The notes: generated by a model from the letters alone, not told the origin. DNA of 64,000 bases from Lama guanicoe (GCA_013239625.1 MU056050.1:1722084-1786083); one strand, 5' to 3'; shown: positions 12,701 through 26,328, numbered from the stretch's first letter. Program-made: numbers and translations.

Positions 12701-13390
12701 CAAAGGACTAGTATCTAAATTATATAAAGAACTCAAAAGTCAAATTAGAAACTTAGCAAAAGGCATGAACAGACGTTTCACTGAAGAGAATATACAAACA
12801 CATAGCAAATAAGCACATGAAAAGATGTTCAACATCATTAGCCAAGAGGGAAATGCAGATTAAAACCACAACATAATCACTATACACCCATAAAAAACTG
12901 ATAAAATTTTAAAATAGTTACAACACCAAATGCTGCAAGGGTATAGAGTAACTGGATCTATTGTTGGAGGAAATGTAGAATGGCATGGCCACTTTGGAAA
13001 ATAGCTTTTTCAGTTTCTAAAAATAATAAACATGTAACTAACATACAACCTACCAATTGTACTCCTAGGCATTTATCCCAGAGAAAACATGACTTATGTT
13101 TATGCAAAACCTGTATACAAATGTTTATAGCATCTTTATTCATAAGCCTCAAACTGGAAATAACCCAGGTGACATCCAATTGGTGACTGGTTACACAAAC
13201 TGTGGTACATTCAGAATACTCCTCTGCAATAACATGGAGTAACTGGGGATACACAAAATAACCTGGATCACTTTTAAGAGAGTAATGCTCAGGTGGGTGG
13301 GGATACCAATCCCAAAATGCTATATATTGTATGATTTCTCATATGACCAATTTATAGAAATGGAAAATATATTAGTGGTTGCTGTTGGTA
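9770..13390 (+). mobile_element. Old eutherian L1 (5' region, degenerate ORF1, internally deleted ORF2, 3'UTR)
   Basis: ORF1-like coiled-coil sequence at 10550-11280, RT FADD codons at 11677-11688, many stops. Confidence 0.85.
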
Positions 13391-13875
13391 AAGGAGTGAA
13401 TGCATGCATGCTGCATGCTACACCTGAGGAACACAACATCAAAGGCTTCCCATTGCTGGGGAATTAGACTTCATTCAAACAGTCTACCCAAGTCACTAAA
13501 CACATAAAGAATAAAACAACAACAAATACAAGCCCCCCAAATGGGGGAGGAGAATGATTTTCCAGATATGCTATAATAGATTGCCTAAAATACCCAGTTT
13601 TCAATAAAAATTATAAGATATGTGAAGAAACTTAATATGAGATCTACTTTACAATGAAAATGGGCTCACGATTTTTGCAAGGGTCAGCTTCCTGGGACCA
13701 AATGAATTTCCAAAACCAGGTAGTAATTACACAACAAACAAAATCTTTCTGAGCTAGGATTGGGAAAAGCTATTAAGAGAGCCTAGTAATCTCAGATGCC
13801 AATCAAATTAATATGGCAACAACAAATCTATCTTCTGGTGACCACTGTAAAGATTTTTTTTTTTTAAATTTAGGT

Positions 13876-14026
13876 CAGTAGTTCCCAAACTTTGCTGCAC
13901 ATTGGAATCACCTGGCCCCTACCTCCAGCTCTTGTGATTTAATTGATATGGGATACAACTTGGGCATTAGGAATTTTAAAAGCTTCACATATGATTCTGA
14001 TGTGCAACAAAGTTTGGGAACTACTA
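13876..14026. mobile_element. MER5A1-like hAT-Charlie MITE
   Basis: Inverted ends cagtagttcccaaacttt ... aaagtttgggaactacta. Confidence 0.8.
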
Positions 14027-15102
14027 TTTTAATGTTGCTATTATTATTTAGGATAATATGAATATCTACCTTTTTTGTGTATCTACTGCAAGCCAAGAAT
14101 ATAGAACAACTCTTTGTGTTATGCTTAGTATTATAAAGCCCATTTTATAGATGAAGAAAATGAGCTCAGAGTGGTTAAATGACTTTCCCAAGGTCACTTC
14201 CCTAGAAGTACCAGATTCAGGATTCAAAATCAAATATATTTAATTTGATAGGGCACTATTCATAATGCACTCACTATATTAAGGTAGTAACAATGCAGTA
14301 AGCATGTTATTGAAAACTTGTATGGATAGCATATCTTGGCATATTGAATGATATTTTAAATGCACCAGGGAGCTTGTTATTTATTACAACCCTTTAGTGA
14401 ATACACATTCATCTTCTACATTACTCTTGAGAACATGACTTAGCAACAGTAGCTCTTATAAAGGAGCCTTCAGGATTTAATAAACAATAAGCTCAGAATG
14501 ATTCAGTAAAATGTGGCACAAACACTGAAACAAGTAAAGTGATTATTTTTAGGCTACATTAATAAAAGTATGATATCTAGACTGAGGGAGCCGATTAACT
14601 GGGCTCTGCTGTGATCAGAACATGCTCAAATATTGTGTGCCGTTTCTGGGCTTTACTATGCCTTTTTATTTATTATAATAAAATATAGGCTCACAATATC
14701 ATATCTAAAATACTGAAAGCCAGATGTTTCAAAAATTCAAAACATTTAGGGTTTAGAACGATAATACAGTGCTTACACTGTATATTACTTAGCACACCCA
14801 ATGGTGTATGAGACAGTGCCCCCTACTCAAACACAGTAATAATTCTGGAGCATAATCAATGAATATACATACTACATTGCACTAATGAAGATTATACACA
14901 GCTTTACATCAATCAGTTCAAATTTTGCTGAATAATTACCAATTTTTCAGATTAAGTCAGGCTTAACAGCTAAATGATATGAAAAAATCTTTTCTCTCTC
15001 AGAGTTTTTTTAGGTTCTGAATTACATATAAGGCATCACAGAACTGGATATCCCCATAGTAATAATAATTTAAACTATACAGAAGTGCACAAAGGAAGAA
15101 AT

Positions 15103-15104
<2 letters not shown>

Positions 15105-15145
<41 letters not shown>
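15105..15145. repeat. (CT)20 microsatellite
   Basis: Directly visible. Confidence 0.95.
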
Positions 15146-15147
<2 letters not shown>

Positions 15148-15350
15148 CCTCTATTCTCAGTTTCTGAGTAGTTGCTACTTTCAATAATTTCTCTTTGGGG
15201 GTTTCCTGCTGGTTATCACCAGAACAGAAAATATGTGCTTCTTCATCTCTTTCTGGATTTATAAACTTTTAAAATTATATAGTAGCTTCCTGCCAATAAA
15301 TAATTAGTTCATCCTACTCCCCTATGCCCTCCTACTTACCTCCTACCACC

Positions 15351-15396
15351 ACCATACCCTCCCAAACTCTGCTACCATACCCTCCCAAACTCTGCT
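15351..15396. repeat. Perfect 23-bp tandem duplication accataccctcccaaactctgct x2
   Basis: Directly visible. Confidence 0.95.
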
Positions 15397-17234
15397 AGTC
15401 ACATTTTTATTTTTAGATATAACTGTGTATACTATAGTTACATTTATTTTCTTAACCTTTCCATTTTAGATGGTATCTTTACCTTCCCCTTTATATAGAG
15501 TGAAATATCAGGGCCCATGCTTTTAAAAGAGAAAAACCACAAGTGGAGTAGAGACATAAAACCGTGTCATATAAGAAACAGAGAGCCTAAAGAAGTGGTG
15601 ACTGAAGAAGATGGAAGTTTTCAACAAACATTTGAAGGACCATCATGAAGATGAGAGAATAGTGTTCTGTGTATCCTCAAGAGGGTAGAAGGAATATAGA
15701 TGTTCTATAGATGGAATCTACAGAACAGATTTTAGATCAGTGTAAGTCAAATTGTACAAGAATAAGCAAGAGTTATTCAAAGAAGATATAGACAACTTCA
15801 TGAGGCAGTGAGTTCTTTATCAGTAAAGGTGTTTAAGCAGGACCTTGGGAACTTCTTGGCAGGGAGGTTTATAAATGAATTCAAACATCAATTGGGTAAT
15901 ATTGACTAAATGACATTTAAGATAGTTTCCCATTCTGAATGTCTATGGTACGGTGATTGTTTAGCCTCTAGGTCTCTTAAGAGTTTAAAAATATCTATAA
16001 TTCCATGACATCAGTCTCAAGAGTATTATGACTGAAATTAATTAGCCAGCTTCCCAGTAAGTTAAGGATCTGCCATAGATGGAAACAGAACCCTAAACTC
16101 AGAATTCTATACTTTTCTTCCATGAAGTCTCATCAGATTCTTTCTGATGTGATTTTTCGCCCCAGGACACGACTAGTTCTTTGCAGACACCAAAAGACAT
16201 AAAAGAAGCTTGTAGTTAGTCACTGCTCTTATAAGCCATAGTCAAGAGACTAGAAACAAGAGAAAGAAGAGACAGAAGTATGAGGAAAGACAGAGAAAGA
16301 ATCAAGGTGGGAGATACTGATTATGTCTCAGGGCTAGAGGCTTGGATGTGAGGGAGCAGGAAGGTAGAGTGTTAAGACCTCAAGAGCATCAAAGTAAGCC
16401 TCATTTACTCAGTGTTTGCCTATTGGAAAAAGAATGGTTCCAAATTTGGATCCCAGACCCTAGATTTACTATTTTTCATTCTTGATGAGAAGACAGCTAT
16501 TCACAGGAGAATTACTGCTGCAGTTTAAATGTGAAGAGAATCTCCGTTACGTACTCAACCTTGAAAACTGCAGAAATAGATGGAGATATTCCAGGAACAT
16601 TTGTTAGTAAAGGGAAGTTAAAAAGTGGAGAAAGATCTTCATATTTCTTGTCTAATCATCCTCATTAACAAATTCTTCTTTTCTTTCTTTTAATTTCAAT
16701 AAAAAGCTTCAAAGTCCAAAGAAGCCTAAAATATCAATGAAATAGCAAAGAGTGTTTACCCTATTATGTTTTAGTCTGCAGGCATGTCTATGGTAAAATT
16801 CAAGAGAAAATATTCTTTTGTATATTCCTGTCCAATGTCCTCAGTTATTTGATATTATGGAATCACAGAAAGTAATGCCTATGACTGAAAGACTGACTCA
16901 CCAAGGAATGTGTGTGCACTCACGCAAAGCCTCCTAAATTTGTCACAAATACAAACATATGCATACCTTCAAATGCATGAGTGAAAATTAAATATGTACA
17001 GTGAAAATTTTAAAAGCAGTATTTGAATAATTCCAATGAAACAGCATAATTTTTAGCAGAATAGTGAAAAATCAAAATTAATTTTTTTAAAAAAAATTTC
17101 CCCTAAGGAACCTGCATATTTTATTTAAATGGTGACACTTTAAGTTCCCCACCATCATAACTACTTTCCCAAACACATATATATGCACACTCATGCACTT
17201 CTGCTCATATTCAGAAATATTTCTCCCCCTACAG

Positions 17235-20200
17235 ATTTGGAGCCAAGGAGTAAATGTGAAGTATATCCATTTTTTTCTGGAAGAAAGAGTGGTTATTAAT
17301 TGGTTGGAGTAGGACTAGAGAAATATGTTTAAGTTGACAAAGAGACTACCCACAAATACTGATTAATAGAATGAACCCTATTTAATGTTTTTTTTTGTAT
17401 TGAAGTATAGTCAGTTTACAATGTTGTGTCACATTCTAGTGTACATCATAATGTTTCAGTCATACATAAACATACATTTATTTTCATATTCTTTTTCACT
17501 GTAAGTTACTATAAGATATTAAATATAGTTACCTGTGCTATACAGTGTAAACTTGTTGTTTATCTATTTTATATCTGCAAATCTCGAACTCCCAATTTAT
17601 CCCTTCCTACCCTCTTTCCGACATGGTAACCATAAGTTTGTTTTCTACGTCTGTGAGTCTGTTTCTGTTTTGTACATAGTTTGCTTGTCTTTTTTTTTAT
17701 ATTCCATATATAAGTAATGTCGTATGGTATTTTTTTTCTCTTTCTGGCTTACTTCACTTTGAATGACAATCTCCAGGTCCATCCATGTTGCTGCAAATGG
17801 CATTATTCTATTATTTTTTATCACTGAGTGGTATTCCATTGTAGAATTACACCATAACTTCTTTATCCAGTCCGCTGTCAATGGACATTTAGGTTGCTTC
17901 CACGTCTTGGCTATTGTAAACAGTGTTGTTATGAAAATTGGAGTGCATGTATCTTTTTGAATTAGAGTTCCCTCTGGATACATACCCTGGAGTGGGATTG
18001 CTGGATCATATGGTAAGTCTATTTTTAGTCTTTTGAGGAATCTCCATACTGTTTTCCATAACTGCTGCACCAAACTACATTTCCACCAACAGTGTAGGAG
18101 GGTTCCCTTTTCTCCACAGCCTCTCCAGCATCTATTGCTTGTGGACTTTTGAATGATGGCTATTCTGACTGGTGTGAGGTGATACCTCATTATAGTTTTG
18201 ATTTGCATTTCTTTGATAATTAGTGATATTGAGCATTTTTTCTTGTACCTATTGGCCTATTTAATCTTGAAAAACAAAGACTGAGAGAGCAGTATGATGG
18301 ATAGTCATAAACTCATTAAAGGAGACAGGGAGAATGATCTTGATGGTCAAGCTCCACAATATGGAATCTGAGCAGAGATGCACAAACATGAATAAGAAAT
18401 TTGAGAAAGCTAAGGCTGTCACCAAGGAAAGGAATTCTCTGTTACATAGTGAGAAGCTACATTGATAGGACTTCCTACTTTGAGAGTCTGTATCATCCTG
18501 ATTTTCAAAAATGACTTCAGTTATGCCATGGATAACAATCACATTGATATGTAAGCCACTCACATGACATATAAGCCAAGCTTTTCTGGAACACAGTCAT
18601 CTTTGAAAATCTTTGAGATAGTTCTTATATTTTTATGTATTATTTGTTTCATTTATTGCTCTCTCTTTATGAATGGAAATCATAAGATGATTTGAAAATA
18701 CACAGTGGGTAGTTATTAATGAAACATTATTCAATTATTTATATACTCATATCTTGGAATGCCCTATGTCATATAATGCCCTGTGTAGGATGTACTGAGG
18801 GAATGAGATGTCAAGAGGTCTTGTATCAAATAAATGTGATTAAAATCAGGACAAAATCAATTCACAGTTGGGGGAGATTCAGCAAAGAGGACATGTGACC
18901 TGTGTACATTTTTTGCAAATTCCTATGAATCTATAATTTTGTCAAAGTAAAAACTTTTAAACATCAATCCATGGTGAGCAAACATGAAGAAACTGACAGG
19001 AGTTAGGCAACAGGAAACAAGGAGGATTCTGGCCTAGAGGGTGACAGAATTTGCAAATCAACCAAATTGGGACTGTTTTCAATCTTCGTCCGTGACCTAG
19101 AGAATGAATGTCCTAATAGAAGTTTTTTTTTTTTTCCAATTCTTACTTCAAGAAGTAAGCAAGTATGGTAGGGGGTAGCTGATCATCACAGAGACATTCA
19201 TAGAGACTGACTGTTACCCAAATTCCTGCTTCTAAAAAGATGTGATCTATTTTGGAGACCCATGAGCAGAAACAGAACATAGGTTGTCCCTACATATACA
19301 CCAATCCCTTATCTTCCTCCTTCCCTGCCCAAACCAAACTAAGCAATTAATGTGCTCTAATGTACAGTGATACCATATCCCTTTACAATAGCTGGAGTTA
19401 AGAGGAGAGATGTCTGTGTGAATACCTACCCCTATGTAGAATTAACCCGAGAGGATTCCCCCAAATCCTTCCTATGTTGCAGATGATTCCACCCGGCCCA
19501 CCCAGTGCCTCCCTCAGAAGTAAGGAGAATATCTCCTCCCATAAAAATGAAGCTGGTATACAAAATTATTTTTCCCAAGATAGTAGACTATGCATGGCCA
19601 AACCCAGTAAGCTAAACAGGATGCTTCCCCATAGTCCTGGTACTTTCTTTCTGAATGCCAGCTCTTTGTACCCATAATACTGTTAATTCCTACAAACACA
19701 AATACTTCAGTTGTATGCAGGATGGAAAGACATGTCTGTTAATACATAAGCCCTCGAGGTAGGCCTTGTATTGGATCGATTTTGTTGTGAATGTCTCCAG
19801 CAGGAGTTGAGCACTAATTTTTATTTGTTGATAGAGATAACAACTATCAGGGAGAGAGGGTGTTGGGTAGGGAGTTGGGGGTAGAGGACAGACAAAGCTG
19901 TCACTATATTGTCCTGGGCCATATTGGGATTCAAATTGGCTAATGACAAAAAGTTCTCTCCAGGCATCACTGAGTCAACTGACAAGCTGACAGTCACTCC
20001 CACAGTGACTTCAAGTCTGTCTTTAAATAAAATACTCCTTAAACCCCTCACCTCTTCCTCTCATGTCAATTGCAGCAAGATAAATGTTACATTAGATCCC
20101 GTCACATAATTTCAATTAAAGAGGCTGTGGGGCATGTTAGTGTAATTTGAATGCAGGTATTTCAGTTTTTGAAGCTTCTTTGATGCCTCATGAACAGCCT

Positions 20201-21340
20201 GAGTCATTAACCAGGTGAATAAAGACAGGGAGTATGGATGAGCCTCTTCCTCTCCATCCCTTTTTTAAAATTTTTAATTTGGGATTCAAGCTAATGCTTT
20301 ATTGCAGGGAGCATTTCTGCCACTGACAGCACATTTCCCATCCCTCCTGCCTGAGTCACCGACCGACAAGAAGAATGTTTGCCAAGTCACAGTGAATATC
20401 TGTACCATTAGCTCGTCCCATATCTAGATTTTGGCTATCCATGACATCAAAAGAAGGTTACAAAAGGTCACTAAAAAAAAGGAAATTGGACCCAGAAAAG
20501 GAGCCAAGGGTAGAAAAAATTCAGTGACAAACAAAATTTCTTTATGGCTCAGATGGCACTAACCTTTTGGGGTACATGGTTTGGATGGGCTAGAAGGAAT
20601 CATAAATTTACACAAATATCTGAAGGCTGAATGAACAGAGGATGGTCTTTCATAGATTTATTTGGCAAAATCCAGAGAGAGATTGTTTGAAGGGGCACTC
20701 TAGAAAACCCACTGCCCCCACTTCCTTAACCATACATCAGACAATACTCTTGTCTCCTGACTGTGAAGATTTCACATGCAGAGAGCCCTGGATGAAGCAA
20801 TACATTGGCTTGAATTCTATCAAAAGTGTCCATGCTGTCTAAATAGACAATTAATATAGAGGAGAATAATAAAACAAAAGCATCCTTAACTGTAAACCTT
20901 CCTACATTGTAGGTAATGGTGCCTGCAGGTGACAGAGAGAGAGAGGAATCACTAAGGGAGGTCCAAAAGACACCAAAGATAAGAAGACATAGCAGTGTTG
21001 CCTTAAACAAGTTCAACAGAGGAAGCCATCTATGCAGAATAGACCTTTTTGTGGTCCATATTACTGAGAGGGACTAAGCACTCATCTGCAGATGGACATC
21101 CAGGTTTGGAAAACCTTTCCTTTGCCACTATTCCTATCAAAATCTCAGAAATTAGTCAAGCATCATCTTGCCACAGCTCAAAATTGGAGGATGCAGAAAT
21201 AGTCCAGTTATCTACCTGTGAGCATATTAACAGCAAAATCCCACTTATTACGATATATATTGAAATGCAAAATTTCTTCAAGCATCTTCACAGCATTTTT
21301 GGCCTGAGTATATTTAAAGGGCTCAGGGTTGGCTAAGGTC
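17235..21340 (+). pseudogene. Candidate giant decayed exon (low-complexity insert), interrupted by L1 insertions
   Basis: Acceptor ttctccccctacAG at 17234. Non-repeat sequence; ORF-track entries 19474, 19909 and 21049 share one frame, with 7 stops counted in about 287 codons (19249-20109). No domain recognised. Confidence 0.4.
17387..18255 (-). mobile_element. Young lineage-specific 5'-truncated L1 with TSD
   Basis: Open 187-aa ORF2p C-terminus (17645..18208); TSD cctatttaat at 17377-17386 and 18256-18265. Confidence 0.95.
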
Positions 21341-21371
21341 GGGCAGTAGGAAACCAAAGTCAAGTATAAGA

Positions 21372-21549
21372 CAAAACCAGCCACATAGCTTGCAGGTTCT
21401 CAGTACAAAAGTAAACTGTGAGGCCCTTGTTCCAAAATTATTAAAAATTTCAAGACAGTGACAGCAGAGCACTAAGCCAACAATGGGATTCTTCTGAGCA
21501 CTGAGCCCTGTTTGACCTCACGGGACTCATGCCCATGAAGTGGACTCTG
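21372..21549. mobile_element. MER45A-like hAT-Tip100 MITE
   Basis: ggcccttgttccaaaattattaaaaatttcaagacagtgacagcagagc...gcccatgaag. Confidence 0.75.
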
Positions 21550-21619
21550 GTGCAATACATGGGTTTTAAAAGGAGATGCTTCTGAACAAGTCAATACATT
21601 AGGAATGTATTTTCCTCAG

Positions 21620-21691
21620 ATCATCTCTTTGCAATGAACTACAGTGTGGAAGGGCCATGAGAAGGAGCACACTATGAAGAAAAACCACATC
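21620..21691 (+). pseudogene. Candidate relic exon (insert region)
   Basis: tattttcctcAG ... GTatca; HLFAMNYSVEGP*EGAHYEEKPH. Confidence 0.3.
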
Positions 21692-22012
21692 GTATCATTG
21701 TCATTGTTGGCTTTTGAATATTTGGTTTGATTTTTTCGTTATTGTTGTTCTTGATTTCTTAAATGTGATTTTCTAAGGAGGGTAGTGAGAAGATCAAACA
21801 TTTTTGACCCAAGTAAGTTTGATCTCAGGTACTTGGCCCACTGCCCCTCTCCCTGCAGGAGAGGGGAAAGCTCCATTTTTGCACATCTTGAGGATTAATC
21901 ACCATCCTGCATCAGCAATCCTAGATTCAACTACAGTTAAACTGTGGAATGCTCGAATAATTTATAGCCTTCCTGTGGCATACTGAATAATTCATACCAT
22001 TGTTTCTCTTAG

Positions 22013-22179
22013 AGAAAAAAAATGGCCTTGAGACACTGAACCTGCTACTAGTTCCCATGAAAACTTGGATGAAACAATAAAGGCTTAGCTTATCTTTCTG
22101 AGAAGAAGCTCCCTAGTCCCAGATAGAGTCTCACAGGATGTGGAAACACGAATCACTCTGGCTCTGCCATAAAGACATG
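22013..22179 (+). pseudogene. Candidate relic exon (insert region)
   Basis: tgtttctcttAG ... ATG|GTgtgc; EKKWP*DTEPATSSHENLDETIKA*LIFLRRSSLVPDRVSQDVETRITL. Confidence 0.3.
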
Positions 22180-22933
22180 GTGTGCTATGTTATAGGGAGA
22201 AAGAGGTCTGATGCTTAAAAGGTTGAGGTCACAGATATGACCCTAGCTGTGTCCATTAAGTTTGGTTTCATATAATCAGAGAATGAATACAAACCTGGTT
22301 CAGATGGAGCCCTGACCTTGGCGAGCCATCTTGCATCTCTAATACTGATTTTAATAAGATTTAAAGAGAGAAAGGATAGATGTACACGTTCTATTTTATC
22401 TCCAACCCAGACCTCTTTCCTGAGCTTCACATCGATCTACTATTTACAGGATATCTTCACCTGGATTTTCCCGGGGAAGCCTTAAGCTCAACATGTCTGG
22501 TATGAAATTTCTCTCCCACTCCAGTCCTTACCCCAGCCCCGCATCAGGTCTCAACCTATTTATCTTGCTTCCATCCAGGTGCACAGGCTAAGTGCTTGGA
22601 GTTACACTTGATTCTTCCTTTTCTCATGGCCAGTCCCTCAGGGATAAGGTGAGACTAGTGGGAGAATTTAGGCATTAGGGGACAAATAATGTAATTTATT
22701 CCTCAAAAACATGCCAATATTGAGCCAGAAGAGTGTTTCCAGAATGGGTTGTTAGGCCATTTGGTGTGTGGTGTGGGTAGATGGACAGGAGAACTGTAAT
22801 AACTAAAATATAGAACCAAATGGAGCCAGCGGCAATAGAAGCAAGAAACAGGGGCTAGCATCAAACCAGAGCTGGGCTCAAATGCCAGCAACACTACTGA
22901 CTAGTGTTTCTCCCTTTCCTTTGTAAAGTAGGA

Positions 22934-23182
22934 CAGAGGTCAACAAAGTTTCTTGTTTGTTTGTTTTGTTTTTTGTAAAGAGCCAGGTAGCCAATAGTTT
23001 AGGCTTTGCAGGCCATGCAGTCTCTGTAGCAACTCTCCAACTCCACAACTGTGGCTTGTAACTAGTCAGTCACAGGGTCAACATGTAAGTGTCTGGGTGT
23101 GGCTGTGTTCTGATCAAACTTTATTTACAAAAGGAGGTGGCAGGCCATTTTTGACCCACTGGCTGTAGTTTGGCAACCCTCG
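22934..23182. mobile_element. MER58A-like hAT-Charlie MITE
   Basis: ttgtaaagagccaggtag..tttaggctttgcaggcca...aaactttatttacaaaa. Confidence 0.8.
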
Positions 23183-24376
23183 GAATAGCATACGCTGTGG
23201 TAAAAATGGAACCCTCTAATCTTAGAGACTGAACATAATAATAGTGTATTTCTTGCTCACATCACACAGAAGACAGATGAGGATATCTTCCTCTATCTTG
23301 GAGATAATATTATCTGGAACACATGGCCTCCAAGATAACATAAATGCAAAAGAGCGGACTGGAGGATCCCATTAGTACAGGAAGTAGCTTACATACTTTT
23401 CTCCCATACCTCATTGGCCAAAATTCAGTATCATGGTCCAAATATATTGAAAAACAGGCTAGATAATATAGAGGAGTGTATGAATATTTGGTGAGCAACT
23501 CACAGTCATTGTCATATGAGGTGACAATAAGATCTGTCTCGTATAGTTGTTAGGATAAAATATGCATAAAACATTTAGTGTGTGATGCATAAGCCACACT
23601 CAATAAATATTCAAACTCCCCCAGCCCCTTCCTTCTGATCATTTTACTCCTTGACACCCCATAAAATGCCCATCACACTCAGACAGAGCTATTTACTGAA
23701 TGAATATCCACATGCCTTTCCTGATTCTGTTCCCTGTACTCTTCCCTCTTTGTTATTTTCAACTAACTCATACATATTCACTTATCTTTCATATTCCTGC
23801 TCAAATGTGATGTTTCTTCCCTTTAATTTTCCCAGGCAGAGTGACTTGGAGTCCTCCTCTTGTACCACCACACTTAGGACACACTGTGTACAGAGTAATG
23901 GGCATGTTGTAATGTCCTTAACTGTACCTGTATGCCTCGTCCACCAGACTGAGAACTCCATGAGGACAGAACAACGTCAGAGTCTGAGCGTACTTCAGCA
24001 TTTACCATGGAGTCTTATGTATTACTGACAGCCAATTAGTGTTCATTAAACTCAACTGATTAATCTTAATGGTGGGAATTTCAGATCCTAGGCAACTGGA
24101 GCCAGATGGGGAGCTTTTATTATTTATGCCAGCTCTAGTCCCGGTACCATATGAGTAGCTCCACAGACTGAGACCTGGCACAGAAGGAGCACTTGATGTA
24201 AGTTTGCTAAGACTTACAGAAAAGAGAGAAGCAGAAAAGGTGGTTGGTTGTCACTGTGTATGCCCCCAAAATCTTTTTTTTTTAATTTTTCATGAAATTC
24301 AGTCCATTGAGGGGAAGAGTTGAGTAAATTCAAGCAAAGCAATTGGTGCCTCAGAACATATTCACTGTCATTTCAG

Positions 24377-24570
24377 AGTGGGTACATCAGGAATGTCTGT
24401 AAAGCTGCACTGAGCCAGCCATCTGTAGCCCAGGACCCAGTAACCCTGACACCTGGGACTTCTCATTGCTGACTGCTGAGCATTTCTGTTTAGAGAGATT
24501 CCCAGAGCAGTGTCAGTGCCACCTATCTTGCTATACCTCTCACCCTCAGTGGAAATCAACACAAGGATAC
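24377..24570 (+). pseudogene. Relic exon: myosin upper-50K T..A..LG ... IFR.LAAILHLGN region
   Basis: Acceptor tgtcatttcAG. Frame RTQ*P*HLGLLIADC*AFLFREIPRAVSVPPILLYLSPSVEI; compare myosin V TRQACTLLGISESHQMGIFRILAGILHLGNVGF. The 3' end is approximate. Confidence 0.5.
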
Positions 24571-25584
24571 TGACCAAAACAAAAAACAAAAAACAAAAAC
24601 CCCCTACACATTCTCATCAGGCTTTCATTTCTCAGCTCACCTTTTCTAAAGCTGTATCAGATAATGACTCTTCTTTTTTCAATCATCCATTGCATTCAGT
24701 ACGTCTCTATGTTTATTATTATTATTTTAAAAAACAATAGTAGTCATAGCTGCCATTTATTGAGTATACTCAATGTGCCAGGAAATATATATGAACTCAA
24801 TTAAGCACTTTGGAAGCTTAAAAATACCTCTCCTGACCTAGAGACTCTTGACTAGGTCTACGCTTCTGTGTGACTAACAGGGAAAATTACCACCTCATTT
24901 AAAAGCTGAAAATAGTAATGTTTGGTCTCTGCATCTTAGGGCTAGGGTCTCACTGATAATCAAAGCCTGCAAATAAATGGGAGGCAGTATATTGTACAGA
25001 CGCTTGTGTTCAAATCTTAGTTCTGAAGCTTACTAATTATATGGCCTTGAACTAGTTACCTGATTTCTCTGAGTTTGTTTCCTTGAGTATAAAGTGGAAA
25101 TAATAATAGTGCATATTTCAGAGAGTTATTGTAAAGGTTAAACAAGATGATGTTTGTGAAGCACATAAAGTTTCAGGTACTTAATAAACACTCAATAAAT
25201 ATAAGATATTGTTTTGACATTGTGGATAAAATAGGCTAGAGATGGTTGTGAGGAAGTGCAGCCATACCCCATTCTGAGGGTAGGGAGAAGACATAGATTC
25301 TCCTCTTCTTCTAGGAAGAGCATCAGTGTATCTGGTGGTGAGAACTATGAAGGGATGAGAAGGAAACACTGGTAGATAGCCCGGTAAGCAGTAATATTTG
25401 GATGAATAATTTTGGAGAATTTGTTAAGTCATATCTAAAAAGAGCCCAGAGATGATTTGGGGGTAGGAAGGTTGATTGTTTTCGTTCCAGGAGAAATTAT
25501 AAAATGGGGCTCATAGCCTCACTGGATGAGATTTGGCTCATCAAGATAAAAGGAGGCAGAAGTCAATGTTAAAAAGGATAGACT

Positions 25585-26075
25585 TTTGACAACATGAGTG
25601 GACCTTGACAGCAGTGTGGTAAGTGAAATAAGGCAGAGAAAGACAAGTACCGTACGATCTCACTTATATGTGGAATCTAAATATACAACAACAAAAACCC
25701 AGGTCATAGATACGGAGAACAGATATGTGGTTGCGTGAGGCAGAGGGGAGGGGCAAAATGGGTGAAGGGGGTCAAAAGGTATAAACCTCCAGTTATAAAA
25801 GAAATAAGCCATGGAGATGTAATGTACAGCATGGTGACTACAGTTAATAATACTGTATTGTATATTTGACAGTTGCTAAGAAAGTAGATCTTACAAGTTC
25901 TCATCACAAGAAAAAAGACTGTAACAATGTGTGGTGATTTATATTAACTAGATTTACTGTGGTGATCATTTTATAATATAAATAAATATTGAATCATTAT
26001 GTTGTACACCTGAAACTAGTATATTATATGTCAATTACATTTCAATTAAAAATTGATAGATAAATAAAAAGAAAT
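25585..26075 (+). mobile_element. L1MA-type 3' end
   Basis: aagtgaaataaggcagagaaagacaa...tgttgtacacctgaaact...tcaattaaaaa. Confidence 0.85.
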
Positions 26076-26328
26076 ATGTATGATACTGTAGAATGGGATT
26101 CCCCTCACCTTCTTTACTTCTCCCTTTCTAAGCCTAATCCCATATCTGTGAAGTTAAAAATTTAAGATACACAAGAACAGCTGATTGTTTAGAGATGGAA
26201 CCCATTGAATGTGTAAAATATGCTAACTACCTAATATCTTCTCAAGCTAACTAGTGCCTTCTTTGAGAATGAGCAATGGAACCAACCACAATCTCTACTT
26301 TAAAGCCATAATTTTTTCCCCCCTGCAA

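Larger units (their letters stand above)
14480..15960 (+). mobile_element. L3/CR1 LINE 3' part, split (about 14480-14660 and 15510-15960) by a DNA-transposon relic and other inserts
   Basis: aggctacattaataaaagtatgatatctag...tattgtgtgccgtttctggg; 3' end ttgactaaatgacatttaaga..ttcccattctgaatgtctatg. Confidence 0.65.

Noticed and set aside
17645..18208. Longest ORF (187 aa) as a host CDS
   Set aside because: It is the L1 ORF2p C-terminus in a 5'-truncated insertion with TSDs.
20080..20109. VTLDPVT resembling a TRIM PRY start
   Set aside because: No downstream PRY/SPRY sequence; likely chance.
24377..24405. WVHQECL resembling a RING-CH/PHD motif
   Set aside because: Followed by a stop and lacks the other ligands in proper spacing; another frame fits the myosin motif order.
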